Below are positions 30,908 to 40,503 of a DNA stretch of 64,000 nucleotides, piece after piece. A program made the translations under genes and the position numbers. Source of the stretch: Bdellovibrio sp. (GTDB taxonomy: Bacteria > Bdellovibrionota > Bdellovibrionia > Bdellovibrionales > Bdellovibrionaceae). The stretch's first letter is position 1; each line of letters starts with the position of its first letter. The stretch spans positions 96,001 to 160,000 of the forward strand of contig JAKFBS010000002.1 in the NCBI GenBank assembly GCA_036677065.1, given 5' to 3'. Under the pieces are notes generated by a model that was not told where the DNA came from, searched no databases, and saw nothing but the letters and a program-made list of their open reading frames with translations.

Positions 30908-30928
30908 AAATCGTTATTCCTAAACCTA
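30901..30928 (+). promoter_or_regulatory. Putative ECF promoter for the metal-handling operon
   Basis: ttgtcacaaatcgttattcctaaaccta, about 30 bp upstream of the ATG at 30958. Confidence 0.5.
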
Positions 30929-30957
30929 GTAGATAGTGAACAGACTTAAGGAGTCAA

Positions 30958-31593
30958 ATGTTAACCCATAAAATTAAAATACTTTTAATTTCTATTTTTT
31001 CGGCCTTTCAGCTAAACGCCCATCCGGTGATTTATAAAGGTGGTTTCGATGTAGAAACTGAATCTAGCCCAATGATGACTAATATTATGACTGCTTATAC
31101 TTTTCATTCTCAGGCCTCGGTGGGTATTGAATATTTTAAATACTTACCAGCAAGTTTGCCAGGGTCGCGTGAATTCTATTTTGCTAAATTTAATTACCGG
31201 CCATTTCGGTTAAATGCAGACGATAGTCAGGCTAATATTTATTTAAGTGTTGGTACAGGCCTGCAGCGCAAAGATAACGAACTCACGAGTTCTTCAATTG
31301 GTGAGTTTCATGCAGATTGGGAAAGCCGTGATTATTACGTTTCGGGTTTTCAAAAATATATTTCTTTAAAGGATGAAGACCCTTTATGGCTTTCGCGAGC
31401 ACGCCTCGGATTTTCTCCATTTCGTGCCGATTATAACGATGTAAATATTTGGTTTATTACACAGTTTGAAAAAACAAATGGAGAGCATTGGGAAACTACG
31501 CCGTTAATGCGAACTTTTTATAAAAACATTTTATGGGAACTGGGCGCAAGCCTTAATGGAAATTATTTATTAAATTTCATGATTCATTTATAA
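30958..31593 (+). CDS. Exported protein, probable outer-membrane beta-barrel
   Basis: AAGGAG RBS, signal peptide ending LNA-H, alternating aromatic beta-strand pattern. Confidence 0.6.
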   Translation: MLTHKIKILLISIFSAFQLNAHPVIYKGGFDVETESSPMMTNIMTAYTFHSQASVGIEYFKYLPASLPGSREFYFAKFNYRPFRLNADDSQANIYLSVGTGLQRKDNELTSSSIGEFHADWESRDYYVSGFQKYISLKDEDPLWLSRARLGFSPFRADYNDVNIWFITQFEKTNGEHWETTPLMRTFYKNILWELGASLNGNYLLNFMIHL

Positions 31594-31604
31594 GGAGAAA
31601 TCAT

Positions 31605-31883
31605 ATGAAAAAATTATTAATCGCTAGCTTATTTTTTTCGTCTATCGCATTTGCCAAACCACTTACGGGTGAAGTGCATGTACAAGTCAAAGGAATGGTA
31701 TGTGCTTTTTGCGCACAGGGTTTAACAAAGTCTTTTAAAAAGCTTCCTGAAGTGCAAGATGTGACCGTAAGTCTTGAAGGAAAATTTGTTCACTTAGTCT
31801 TAAAAAAAGATAAATCTTTAGAAGATACAAAGATTCTAGAGACGATTAAAGAAGCGGGCTACGAAGGAACTATCGGTCACTAA
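31605..31883 (+). CDS. Periplasmic heavy-metal-associated (HMA) protein, MerP/CopZ-like
   Basis: Signal peptide, VKGMVCAFCA motif, IKEAGY end. Confidence 0.88.
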   Translation: MKKLLIASLFFSSIAFAKPLTGEVHVQVKGMVCAFCAQGLTKSFKKLPEVQDVTVSLEGKFVHLVLKKDKSLEDTKILETIKEAGYEGTIGH

Positions 31884-31910
31884 AGGTGGTCACTAAAGGT
31901 GGTCACTAAA
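31875..31910 (+). repeat. Tandem repeat of 13-bp unit GGTCACTAAAGGT, about 2.8 copies
   Basis: ggtcactaaaggt ggtcactaaaggt ggtcactaaa; first copy holds the stop codon of the HMA gene. Confidence 0.9.
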
Positions 31911-31913
31911 TTT

Positions 31914-32300
31914 ATGCAAAACTATCAACGAAGTTTTAAAGAAAGTTTTAGTGCGTATTTAGGATTATTTACATCCGTAAGCACTTTGCTTTGTTGCGCA
32001 CTTCCGGCTCTGTTAGTGAGTTTAGGATTGGGCGCTTCGATGATTACCTTGACCAAGGCGATTCCCCAAATTACTTGGATCGGAGAACATAAAAACTACG
32101 TTTTTAGTTTTGCTTTTTTAATGTTATTAATAAGTTCGGTTTTAACTTACAAAAATCGGAATGCCCCCTGTCCTATAGATCCAAAACTTCGCGAGGCCTG
32201 TCTGCGTGGACGTAAATACTCAAAAAATGTTCTAATTTTAGGCTGGTTGTTATTGAGTGTGGGCTTTTTCTTTGCATATTTAGCTCAATTATTGACTTAA
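31914..32300 (+). CDS. MerT/MerC-like small metal transport membrane protein
   Basis: TLLCCALP in TM1, three TMs, CPIDPKLREAC Cys pair in loop; ATG at 31914. Confidence 0.75.
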   Translation: MQNYQRSFKESFSAYLGLFTSVSTLLCCALPALLVSLGLGASMITLTKAIPQITWIGEHKNYVFSFAFLMLLISSVLTYKNRNAPCPIDPKLREACLRGRKYSKNVLILGWLLLSVGFFFAYLAQLLT

Positions 32301-32350
32301 CCCATCGAAATTACTACTTTTTGTGTATTACAAACAAGGAGTAAAACCAC

Positions 32351-34402
32351 ATGAATTCAACTTACTTGATGTCGCCAGTTATTGCCGGCGTTGTCGGTCT
32401 TGTGATTGCCGTAATTCTGTATTTCAGAGTAAAAGCGCAACCATCAGGAAATGAAACAATGAACAGAATCGCAGGATACATTCGCGAAGGCGCGATGGCA
32501 TTCTTAGTTCGCGAATACAAAGTATTAGCGGTCTACTGTGTAGTTGTTGGCGCATTATTAATGTACGCTTTAGGAACTGTAGCTGCCATTTGGTTTATCA
32601 TTGGTGCTTTTTTATCTTTATTAGCTGGCTTTGTTGGTATGAAAGCTGCGACTTTCGCAAACGTTCGTACAACTCAAGCGGCCGCTTCTTCGACAAAAGG
32701 TAACGCCTTATTAGTCGCTTTAGATGGCGGAGCAGTAATGGGTTTATCTGTTGCTGGTCTTGGTTTAATCGGTTTAGGTCTTGTGTATTTCTTTTACCAA
32801 GCTGATCCACATATCGGAACAATCTTGCATTCATTTGCAGTGGGAGCTTCATCGATCGCTTTATTTGCGCGTATCGGTGGTGGTATCTACACTAAAGCGG
32901 CTGACGTAGGTGCAGACATCGCTGGTAAAGTTGTTGAAAATATTCCTGAAGATGATCCACGTAATCCTGGTGTTATCGCTGATAACGTTGGTGATAATGT
33001 TGGTGACGTTGCCGGTATGGGCGCGGATATTTACGAATCAATGGTTGCAGCTATCGTTTCAGCAATGGCGATCGCATTAACTATTGAAGCTGTAGATCTT
33101 CCGAAACTTATGCTTGATGGTTCTGATTCACGTTTAATGTCTGTGGGTTTACCATTAGTATTATCTGCAATCGGTATGGTTATTTCTATTATCGTAATTT
33201 TCTTAGCACGCGCTTTGAAAAATTCTAAACCAGCTACGGTATTACGTGCTGCTTTAATGCTACCTCCAGTTATTTTAACTGTGGTGTCTTACATTTTTAT
33301 GCCGACATTAGGTGTTTCTCAAAATGTAACTTGGGCTTTAGCTGCAGGTGCATTCGGTGGAGCCTTAATCGGACTTGTTACTGAGTACTATACGGCGATG
33401 AAACCAATTCGTTTAGTTGCTGAAGCTGCGCAAACGGGTGCTGGTACTGGTGTTATCCGCGGTCTTGCTGTGGGTATGGAATCAGTGGCTCTTCCTACAC
33501 TTATCGTTGTGATCGCAGCTTATGTTGCTGATCAAATGTTAGGTTTATACGGTATCGCCATGGCAGCAGTTGGTATGTTAGCAGGAACTGCAGTTGTTAT
33601 GACTGTAGATGCTTACGGCCCAATCGCTGATAATGCGGGTGGTATTTCTGAAATGTCTGGTCTTCCTTCAAACGTTCGCGACATCACAGATGAATTAGAT
33701 GCCGTTGGTAACACGACAGCAGCTATCGGAAAAGGTTTTGCGATTGGTTCTGCAATTTTAACAGTTGTGGCGTTATTCTCTGCTTTCAATATGGAAGTGA
33801 ATCACGTGCGTGTTGCTGCTGGAATGGCGAAAATGCAATTAGACCTAACTTCTTCTGGAGTATTAATCGGTATTCTTTTAGGTTCGATTCTTCCATTCTT
33901 AGTTGGTGCTACAACAATGACAGCAGTAGGTCGCGCAGCGGGTAAAATCGTTGTTGAGATCGCTCGTCAGTTCAAAGAAATTCCAGGTTTACGTGAAGGT
34001 AAAGCTGAACCTCAACCTGCAAAAATCGTTGATATCGCAACATCTGCTGCGCTATGGGAAATGATTTTACCAGGTATGGTAGCCGTAGTTGCTCCGGTAC
34101 TTTGCGGATTTATCTTAGGACCTCAAGCTTTAGCAGGAATGTTAGCTGGTGGTTTAGCAGTTGGTGCTTCTATGTCATTATTTATGGCCAACGCTGGTGG
34201 CGCTTGGGATAACGCTAAGAAATTTATCGAAAAAGGCGGACTTCCAGGTCACAAAAAAGGCTCTGACGCTCACAAAGCGGCAGTCGTTGGTGACACTGTT
34301 GGTGACCCGTTCAAAGATACTTCTGGTCCTGGTATCGCTATCTTGATCAAAGTAATGTCAGTTGTTTCTTTATTAATCGCACAGCTGATTGCCTTAAAGT
34401 AA
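32351..34402 (+). CDS. hppA: Membrane-bound ion-translocating pyrophosphatase (K+-dependent type, likely Na+/H+)
   Basis: [47 protein letters not shown] (Ala = K+-dependent), [10 protein letters not shown]. Confidence 0.95.
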   Translation: MNSTYLMSPVIAGVVGLVIAVILYFRVKAQPSGNETMNRIAGYIREGAMAFLVREYKVLAVYCVVVGALLMYALGTVAAIWFIIGAFLSLLAGFVGMKAATFANVRTTQAAASSTKGNALLVALDGGAVMGLSVAGLGLIGLGLVYFFYQADPHIGTILHSFAVGASSIALFARIGGGIYTKAADVGADIAGKVVENIPEDDPRNPGVIADNVGDNVGDVAGMGADIYESMVAAIVSAMAIALTIEAVDLPKLMLDGSDSRLMSVGLPLVLSAIGMVISIIVIFLARALKNSKPATVLRAALMLPPVILTVVSYIFMPTLGVSQNVTWALAAGAFGGALIGLVTEYYTAMKPIRLVAEAAQTGAGTGVIRGLAVGMESVALPTLIVVIAAYVADQMLGLYGIAMAAVGMLAGTAVVMTVDAYGPIADNAGGISEMSGLPSNVRDITDELDAVGNTTAAIGKGFAIGSAILTVVALFSAFNMEVNHVRVAAGMAKMQLDLTSSGVLIGILLGSILPFLVGATTMTAVGRAAGKIVVEIARQFKEIPGLREGKAEPQPAKIVDIATSAALWEMILPGMVAVVAPVLCGFILGPQALAGMLAGGLAVGASMSLFMANAGGAWDNAKKFIEKGGLPGHKKGSDAHKAAVVGDTVGDPFKDTSGPGIAILIKVMSVVSLLIAQLIALK

Positions 34403-34454
34403 TCAGCTCGCAAAGAGCTAATCGCTTTAAAATAATCGACGACTTAAATTCAGA

Positions 34455-34670
34455 CTCGTACTTTGGGACTACAATGTAGTCTGAAAGTACGAGCAAAAAA
34501 AAGGGAGCTGATGGCTCCCTTTTTTTTGTTAGAATATAAAACATCGACCTATTTTTGGAATTTATAACGCGTTTTCAACGCTCGGGGTTTGGGTTTACAC
34601 TGTAAACCGAAATACAGAGCGAATTTTAGCACTCAGGGTTTTAGTCAACATTGTTGACCTAAACCCCGAG
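34455..34670. repeat. Three related 39-bp imperfect palindromes (34455-34493, 34581-34619, 34632-34670)
   Basis: All fit CTC-N4-TTT-N2-G-N3-ACA-N-TGT-N3-C-N2-AAA-N4-GAG with 15-17 of 19 Watson-Crick pairs. Confidence 0.8.
34495..34527. terminator. Bidirectional intrinsic terminator after hppA
   Basis: A8-GGGAGC-tgatg-GCTCCC-T8. Confidence 0.88.
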
Positions 34671-34686
34671 TAAATTTATTGCGTCA

Positions 34687-34992
34687 TTAATAGCGTTGAA
34701 TTAGGTGGTAGCCGAAGCGGGTGCGCACGATTCCCGAAGTTTGGCCTGGCTTTAAGATCTCTAAAGCTTCCATGAAATCTGGATCTACGTTTTTCTTACC
34801 AAATAAATTACCCAAATCGCCACCTTGTGGAGCTGAGGGGCATTGGCTGTATTTGCGGGCTAGGTCTTGAAAGTCTTTGCCGTCTTTTAAGTGGCGGAGC
34901 ACGTCGTCAGCGGTAACTCGATCGGCAAGCAATATATGACGCGCATTGAGTTTCTTATCGGATGATTGAGATTGTTTATCGGATGCTGACAT
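34687..34992 (-). CDS. ppiC: Parvulin-type peptidyl-prolyl isomerase
   Basis: [34 protein letters not shown]. Confidence 0.88.
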   Translation of the reverse strand: MSASDKQSQSSDKKLNARHILLADRVTADDVLRHLKDGKDFQDLARKYSQCPSAPQGGDLGNLFGKKNVDPDFMEALEILKPGQTSGIVRTRFGYHLIQRY

Positions 34993-35079
34993 AATCACAT
35001 GGTATTGCATAATAACTGCATAAACAACGTGTCTGCGACACGACATCGAAAAGATTTCATTTATTTAAGGGAGTTAAGT

Positions 35080-35562
35080 ATGGCTAAAAAAGGAACTATT
35101 CAAATTGGTATTTCAGATAAAGATCGTAAACAAATTACGGACGGTCTTTCGGCTCTGTTAGCGGATAGCTATATGCTTTACATTAAAACGCATAACTTTC
35201 ACTGGAATGTTGAAGGTCCGATGTTTAATACACTTCATGTGATGTTTATGGGTCAATACACTGAGCTTTGGAATGCATTAGATACAATTGCTGAACGCAT
35301 TAGATCTTTAGGCGAGTATGCTCCGGGATCTTATAAACAGTTTGCGGCTTTAACTTCAATTGAAGAATCAGATAAAGTGCCAAAAGCTGAGAAAATGATT
35401 TCTGAGTTGATCCGCGGTCATGAAGTCGTGATTCAAACGGCTCGTAAACTTTTACCGGTTTGTGCCGATGCTCATGATGAAGTGACGGCCGGGATTTTAA
35501 CAGACCGTTTAGAGATTCATGAAAAAACATCATGGATGTTGCGCTCGCTACTAGCTAAATAG
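35080..35562 (+). CDS. dps: Dps family ferritin-like DNA protection protein
   Basis: [35 protein letters not shown] before ATG 35080. Confidence 0.93.
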   Translation: MAKKGTIQIGISDKDRKQITDGLSALLADSYMLYIKTHNFHWNVEGPMFNTLHVMFMGQYTELWNALDTIAERIRSLGEYAPGSYKQFAALTSIEESDKVPKAEKMISELIRGHEVVIQTARKLLPVCADAHDEVTAGILTDRLEIHEKTSWMLRSLLAK

Positions 35563-35597
35563 TATCATTTAATTAATAACTCCTTTTCACCGCTAGG

Positions 35598-36800
35598 ATG
35601 GCCGTGGACGATTTAAAATTAATTACTGGAAAACTTTGGTTTAGTTACGTTGAAGCCCTGCTTACAAGTTTAGTTGTGGGCTTTGCCGAAAGTTATTTTG
35701 CAGCTTTCTCATTACACCTTGGTTGTACACCGCTGCAATCAGGGTTGTTAGTCAGTCTTCCGTTAATCTTTGCAGCCATTTTACAGTTTACACTTCAAAC
35801 AAAAGCAAAAAGAGTAGGGCTTACTTATTTTGTAAAGCGCGCTCTGGTTATTCAATCGTTAGGGTTACTTGGACTTGGGTGTTTATCTTTAGCTGAAGTG
35901 CCGAATCCATTTTATTACCTGATGTTTTATTATTCTATTTATTGGCTAGGGCATTTTAGCATTCAGCCCGCTTGGAATCGTTGGATCTCTGATATTATTC
36001 CTGCAGATCAAGGGCAAAGCTATTTTTCGCTGCGAACACGCCTTTCACAAATAGGGATTATTGCCGGTCTATTTGGTGGCGGGGCGATGCTGCATATGAA
36101 TGTGTTAAATATTCCAGAACAGTATTTGTTTTTTGGCTTATTCATGGCGTGTTTTGGTTTAAAGATTTTAATTGTTCAATTATTCAGAAAACACCCGCCG
36201 TATAATCTGCCGCTATATTTAGATTTGAAACATTTTAAGAGTTTGTTTAAGCAAAATCTTGGATTCTTTCAGCGTTATGCGGCTTTTAATATGTCGATTT
36301 TTATTTCAGCACCCTTTGTTTCGGCGTATTTATTATCGATTCGAAACGTCGGCTATTTGGATTTTATGTGGATCATGGCCTGCTTATTCGTGGGTAAAGT
36401 TTTGTCGACGTATTTAATTAAACATTCAAGTCGTCAATATGACCCCCACCAAATGTTAATTTGGGGCGGAATGCTTGCAGCACCACTTCCGATGTTATGG
36501 CCCGTGTGCACGACAGTGCCATCAATGATGTTTTTACATTTCTTATCCGGAGTAGGTTGGGCTGGCTGGGAAATGGGCCTATCACTTTATTTTTTCTCGC
36601 GCATTAAAGGAGAGAAAAAAATCGAAGTGATCAGTCTTTATAATTATATCGGGGTTATTACGCAAGTCATCGGCACGGTGCTGGGAGCTATTTTATTTAG
36701 AAACTTATTAAAAGAAAATTTCGATGCGCTATTTGTCGTGTCAGGAATTGTTCGCTTTTTAGCGGTCTTAGGAATGCGTAAGCCGCGACTTGTGGCGTAG
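35598..36800 (+). CDS. MFS transporter
   Basis: About 12 TM segments, PAWNRWISDIIP..YFSLR motif. Confidence 0.75.
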   Translation: MAVDDLKLITGKLWFSYVEALLTSLVVGFAESYFAAFSLHLGCTPLQSGLLVSLPLIFAAILQFTLQTKAKRVGLTYFVKRALVIQSLGLLGLGCLSLAEVPNPFYYLMFYYSIYWLGHFSIQPAWNRWISDIIPADQGQSYFSLRTRLSQIGIIAGLFGGGAMLHMNVLNIPEQYLFFGLFMACFGLKILIVQLFRKHPPYNLPLYLDLKHFKSLFKQNLGFFQRYAAFNMSIFISAPFVSAYLLSIRNVGYLDFMWIMACLFVGKVLSTYLIKHSSRQYDPHQMLIWGGMLAAPLPMLWPVCTTVPSMMFLHFLSGVGWAGWEMGLSLYFFSRIKGEKKIEVISLYNYIGVITQVIGTVLGAILFRNLLKENFDALFVVSGIVRFLAVLGMRKPRLVA

Positions 36801-36870
36801 CCGCAGAGTTTATAGTGGCGTAGCCGCAGAGTTTATAGTGGCGTAGCCACAGGGCTGATAGTAGCGTAGC
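36792..36870 (+). repeat. Tandem repeat of 23-bp unit GTGGCGTAGCCGCAGAGTTTATA, about 3.4 copies
   Basis: Two exact copies (36792, 36815), a degenerate third (36838) and a partial fourth (36861); first copy contains the MFS stop codon. Confidence 0.9.
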
Positions 36871-36875
36871 GGTAT

Positions 36876-37649
36876 TTAGGCGAAATTTTTAATAAATTTA
36901 CGGTGAAGTTCTTTGTCTTGGTATTTATCTTCAGGATTAGCTAAATCTTCATCTGAATAACCAGTTCTAATTCCTAAAATAGCGACGGTTGTGTCTTGAA
37001 CAATAAAATCAACGCGCCAAGTGCGATAAGCTAAAACCCAGTAGGATTGAATAAACTCAACACGCTTTTTTTCTGCGTTGGTTGGATCATATTCAAGCTG
37101 GCGCGATATAAATGATCGCAGCTGAGTCATATCAGCATTTTGATACTCTAAATAATCAATCTGCTCGCTTGCAAGTGGTGAAAAAGAAAGACTCATTTTT
37201 GGAGTCAGAGAAGATTCTAACCATTCAATATGGGCATCTTCGGCGACATCAGATTCAGGATGATAGGGCTTAATATCTAAAATCGGGGTGTCGTTTAAAA
37301 TATCATTTGGGCCGATATAAATATTTAATCCGTCGACTTTTTCTAATTTAACTAACGACATACCAATAGGATTTGGGCGATACGGAGCGCGGGTGGCAAA
37401 AACGCCGATTTTTCGATTTGATCTTGGAGTCTGTACTAGTGGTTTCCAGTTTTCGTTTTTATGAAAAGCATAGATAATCCAAAGATGGCTGCAGCCTGAT
37501 AAATCGGTCAGCGCTTGTTCAAAGTTTTGTCCTGAATTTAAGGTGATCACAGCGTCTGATGATAAACCATCGGGCTGGCGCGAAGCTTGATAGGGCTCGA
37601 TTTGATCTGATTTTAAAACTCCAATGGGGTTAAAAGTAATTGGAGTCAT
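36876..37649 (-). CDS. trmO: tRNA (N6-threonylcarbamoyladenosine-37-N6)-methyltransferase TrmO/TsaA
   Basis: PIG, SHLWIIYAFH, GVFATRAPYRPNPIGMS, DTPILDIKPY. Confidence 0.9.
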   Translation of the reverse strand: MTPITFNPIGVLKSDQIEPYQASRQPDGLSSDAVITLNSGQNFEQALTDLSGCSHLWIIYAFHKNENWKPLVQTPRSNRKIGVFATRAPYRPNPIGMSLVKLEKVDGLNIYIGPNDILNDTPILDIKPYHPESDVAEDAHIEWLESSLTPKMSLSFSPLASEQIDYLEYQNADMTQLRSFISRQLEYDPTNAEKKRVEFIQSYWVLAYRTWRVDFIVQDTTVAILGIRTGYSDEDLANPEDKYQDKELHRKFIKNFA

Positions 37650-37654
37650 ATAGG

Positions 37655-38458
37655 TTAGACTTTGATTTGTTGTTCGTTAAATTGTTTACGCCATTCATAA
37701 CCTGCAATCGCTGCGGCAACGCCTGCATTTAATGAATTTTTAATTCCGAAAGTTGGAATTTTACGAACTTCATGAGCCAGCTCTAATTGATCTTTATCTA
37801 AACCAAAGCGCTCATTACCAATTAGAAAAGCTGTCGGTTTGTCGAAATTAAAATCAGCGGCAATATCAATGGCTTTCGACGAAGTCTCAAGGGCCACGAT
37901 ATAATAACCTTCTTTGATGAGGTGATTAATAGTCTCAGTGAAACTTTTTTGTTCCCATTCGACCACGAAGGCGGCACCTAAAGCGGCCCGTTCAACTTGT
38001 GGTTGATGTGGAGTCGGCGTGTAGCCAGTCAGCCAAATTTTTTGCGCACCAAGGGTATCTGCAGTTCTAAAAATAGAACCCACATTAAATGCTGAACGCA
38101 TATTATCAACGATGAAGTGAAGCGGAACACGGGGAGTAACTAAATGAGCACGATCTGTGTTCATAATTAAAAACTCATCATCAGCCATACCTTTTTTAAG
38201 ATAGCGCTCAAATGGAACCGCAATCGTTGATAGGTGACGTAAGGTCATCGTTGGGCTGATTGAATTTTTATATTTTGAGAGCTTTTGCAAAATAGGATCA
38301 GTTGATTTCTCAAGATCGCCGATCATTATAATCAGCTCTTGTAAAAACATCTGGTCGTATTTGCCATCGCTTGATTCTTGTTCGATGCCGATAAAAAGTT
38401 TATGAATTTCTTCAACTTTTTTCTTGTCGTTTTTTTGCTCGTTTGATTGGTCTGCCAT
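37655..38458 (-). CDS. TrmH/SpoU family RNA methyltransferase with N-terminal extension
   Basis: DNMRSAFNVGSIFRTAD, GNERFGL, IP..G..NSLN. Confidence 0.88.
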   Translation of the reverse strand: MADQSNEQKNDKKKVEEIHKLFIGIEQESSDGKYDQMFLQELIIMIGDLEKSTDPILQKLSKYKNSISPTMTLRHLSTIAVPFERYLKKGMADDEFLIMNTDRAHLVTPRVPLHFIVDNMRSAFNVGSIFRTADTLGAQKIWLTGYTPTPHQPQVERAALGAAFVVEWEQKSFTETINHLIKEGYYIVALETSSKAIDIAADFNFDKPTAFLIGNERFGLDKDQLELAHEVRKIPTFGIKNSLNAGVAAAIAGYEWRKQFNEQQIKV

Positions 38459-38459
38459 A

Positions 38460-40502
38460 CTATTTTACTTTTTGTCCGGTTTTGGCGCCGCTATCAGGTG
38501 ATAAGACGAATAAATCTGATCCGCCATCACCTGCGCAAAGAACCATACCCTCTGACATGCCAAATTTCATTTTACGTGGGGCAAGGTTTGCACAAATTAA
38601 CACATGACGTCCGATTAGTTTTTCAGGTGCGTAAGCTAATTTAATCCCCGCAATAATTTGGCGAGTTTGGCCATCAGCTACTTCAACTTTAAGTTTTAAT
38701 AACTTATCAGCGTCTGGAATGCTTTCAGCCTCTAAAACTTTGGCTATACGCAGATCTACTTTATTGAAGTCTTCGATACCGATGACACCAACAGGGGCTT
38801 CTGCCGCGGGAGCAACAGCTGTCGCCGCTTTTTTAGGTTTTAACGCCTCGATAGCTGCGAAGTGGGCTTTTTGTTCTTCGACCATCATTTTAACTTTATC
38901 TGCATCAACGCGAGAAACTAAATGCACATAAGCATTGATCGGCTGGTTAGATAAAACTTTAGCACTGTCAGCCCATTGGTATTCAGGCTCGTTTAAAAGC
39001 TGACTTACTTTCGTAGCTAACATCGGAAGAACTGGTTTTAAATAAATACTTAAAATTCTGAATGCATTTAGTGTAGTCGTTAGTACGCGTTTTACTTCTT
39101 CTTCATCCGTAGATTTCCACGGTGCACGTTCGTCGAAATATTTATTCACTGAATCTGCTAATTCGCGAATCATCGTTGTCGCCTTAGCGAAATCACGTTC
39201 GTCGTAGAATTTAGAAATTTGTGCTTGTTTAGATTGTAACTCTTTTAAAATCTCAGTGCTTGTATCTAATGAATACAACGCAGAACCAAATTTCTTATTT
39301 AACATCTGTGCGCCACGTGAACCAAGGTTCACGATCTTGCCAACAAGGTCAGAATTCACACGCGATTGAAAATCATCTAAATTAAGATCCATATCATCGA
39401 CAGAACCATTAATTTTAGTGGCGTAGTAATAACGTAAAAATTGCGGATCTAAATGATTTAAATAGGTGCGGGCATTAATGAAGGTGCCTTTAGATTTAGA
39501 CATCTTTTCGCCATTCACCATGACGTGACCATGCACATTCACAGCAGTTGGTGTTCTAAAATCAGCTCCAGATAAAAGGGCTGGCCAAAACAAAGTATGA
39601 AAGTACACGATATCTTTTCCGATAAAGTGATAACATTCTGCTTTTGAATCTTTACCCCAGAATTCTTCTAAACTACGGCCATTTTTAGTTAAATACTGTT
39701 CAGCAGCTGATACGTAGCCCATTGGAGCATCAACCCACACGTAAAAGTATTTGCCTGGTTCGCCTGGAATCTGAAAACCGAAGTAGGGCTCATCACGCGA
39801 GATATCCCAGTCGCGCAGATCTTCTTTAAACCACTCCATCATTTTTTTAGAAATTTCTGGAACAGTGTGGTTTGGAAGCCATTTTTCTAATTCAGCTTTA
39901 AAATTATTTAATCGAAAGAAAATATGATCAGATTCTTTCTTAATAGGGGTTGTTCCACAAATTGAACAACCTGGATTGATTAAATCACTCGGAGAATAAG
40001 TTGCAGCACAAACATCACATGAATCGCCGTATTGGCCAGGTGATTTACATTTTGGGCAAGTGCCTTTAACAAAACGATCCGGCAAGAACATTTTATCGTG
40101 TGTGCAATATAACTGTTCGATCGGTTTTTTATGAATATGACCTTTGGCTTTTAAACGCTCATAGAAAATTTCAGATAATTTTTTATTTTCTTCAGAGTGG
40201 GTTGATCCGTAATGATCAAAGCCAATAGCGAAATCTTTAAAATCAGCGGTGTGATCTTTGAAACTTTGCGCGACATAGTCTTCAGGTTTAATGCCTAGTT
40301 CGCGCGCTTTGATCATGATTGGTGTGCCGTGCGTGTCATCAGCACACAAGAAAATACATTCATGCCCAGACATTTTCTGAAAACGAGCGTAAATATCGGC
40401 TTCGATGTGTTCTAGCATATGGCCCAAGTGGATCGGCCCGTTGGCGTAGGGTAGAGCACAGGTCATGATTATTTTTCGTTTTGGATTTTCTGTGTGTAGC
40501 AT
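38460..40502 (-). CDS. metG: Methionine--tRNA ligase
   Basis: ALPYANGPIHLGH, zinc knuckle, KMSKS, C-terminal tRNA-binding OB domain. Confidence 0.97.
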   Translation of the reverse strand: MLHTENPKRKIIMTCALPYANGPIHLGHMLEHIEADIYARFQKMSGHECIFLCADDTHGTPIMIKARELGIKPEDYVAQSFKDHTADFKDFAIGFDHYGSTHSEENKKLSEIFYERLKAKGHIHKKPIEQLYCTHDKMFLPDRFVKGTCPKCKSPGQYGDSCDVCAATYSPSDLINPGCSICGTTPIKKESDHIFFRLNNFKAELEKWLPNHTVPEISKKMMEWFKEDLRDWDISRDEPYFGFQIPGEPGKYFYVWVDAPMGYVSAAEQYLTKNGRSLEEFWGKDSKAECYHFIGKDIVYFHTLFWPALLSGADFRTPTAVNVHGHVMVNGEKMSKSKGTFINARTYLNHLDPQFLRYYYATKINGSVDDMDLNLDDFQSRVNSDLVGKIVNLGSRGAQMLNKKFGSALYSLDTSTEILKELQSKQAQISKFYDERDFAKATTMIRELADSVNKYFDERAPWKSTDEEEVKRVLTTTLNAFRILSIYLKPVLPMLATKVSQLLNEPEYQWADSAKVLSNQPINAYVHLVSRVDADKVKMMVEEQKAHFAAIEALKPKKAATAVAPAAEAPVGVIGIEDFNKVDLRIAKVLEAESIPDADKLLKLKVEVADGQTRQIIAGIKLAYAPEKLIGRHVLICANLAPRKMKFGMSEGMVLCAGDGGSDLFVLSPDSGAKTGQKVK

Positions 40503-40503
40503 A

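Noticed and set aside
30958..32300. Classical mercury-resistance operon or transposon
   Set aside because: No merA, merR, transposase or inverted repeats nearby
34455..34670. Palindromes as CRISPR repeats or integron attC sites
   Set aside because: Copies differ in sequence, gaps are 87 and 12 bp, RYYYAAC/GTTRRRY ends are absent and there are no cassette ORFs between them
36792..36870. Possible CRISPR array
   Set aside because: Units are contiguous with no unique spacers, and no cas genes are present
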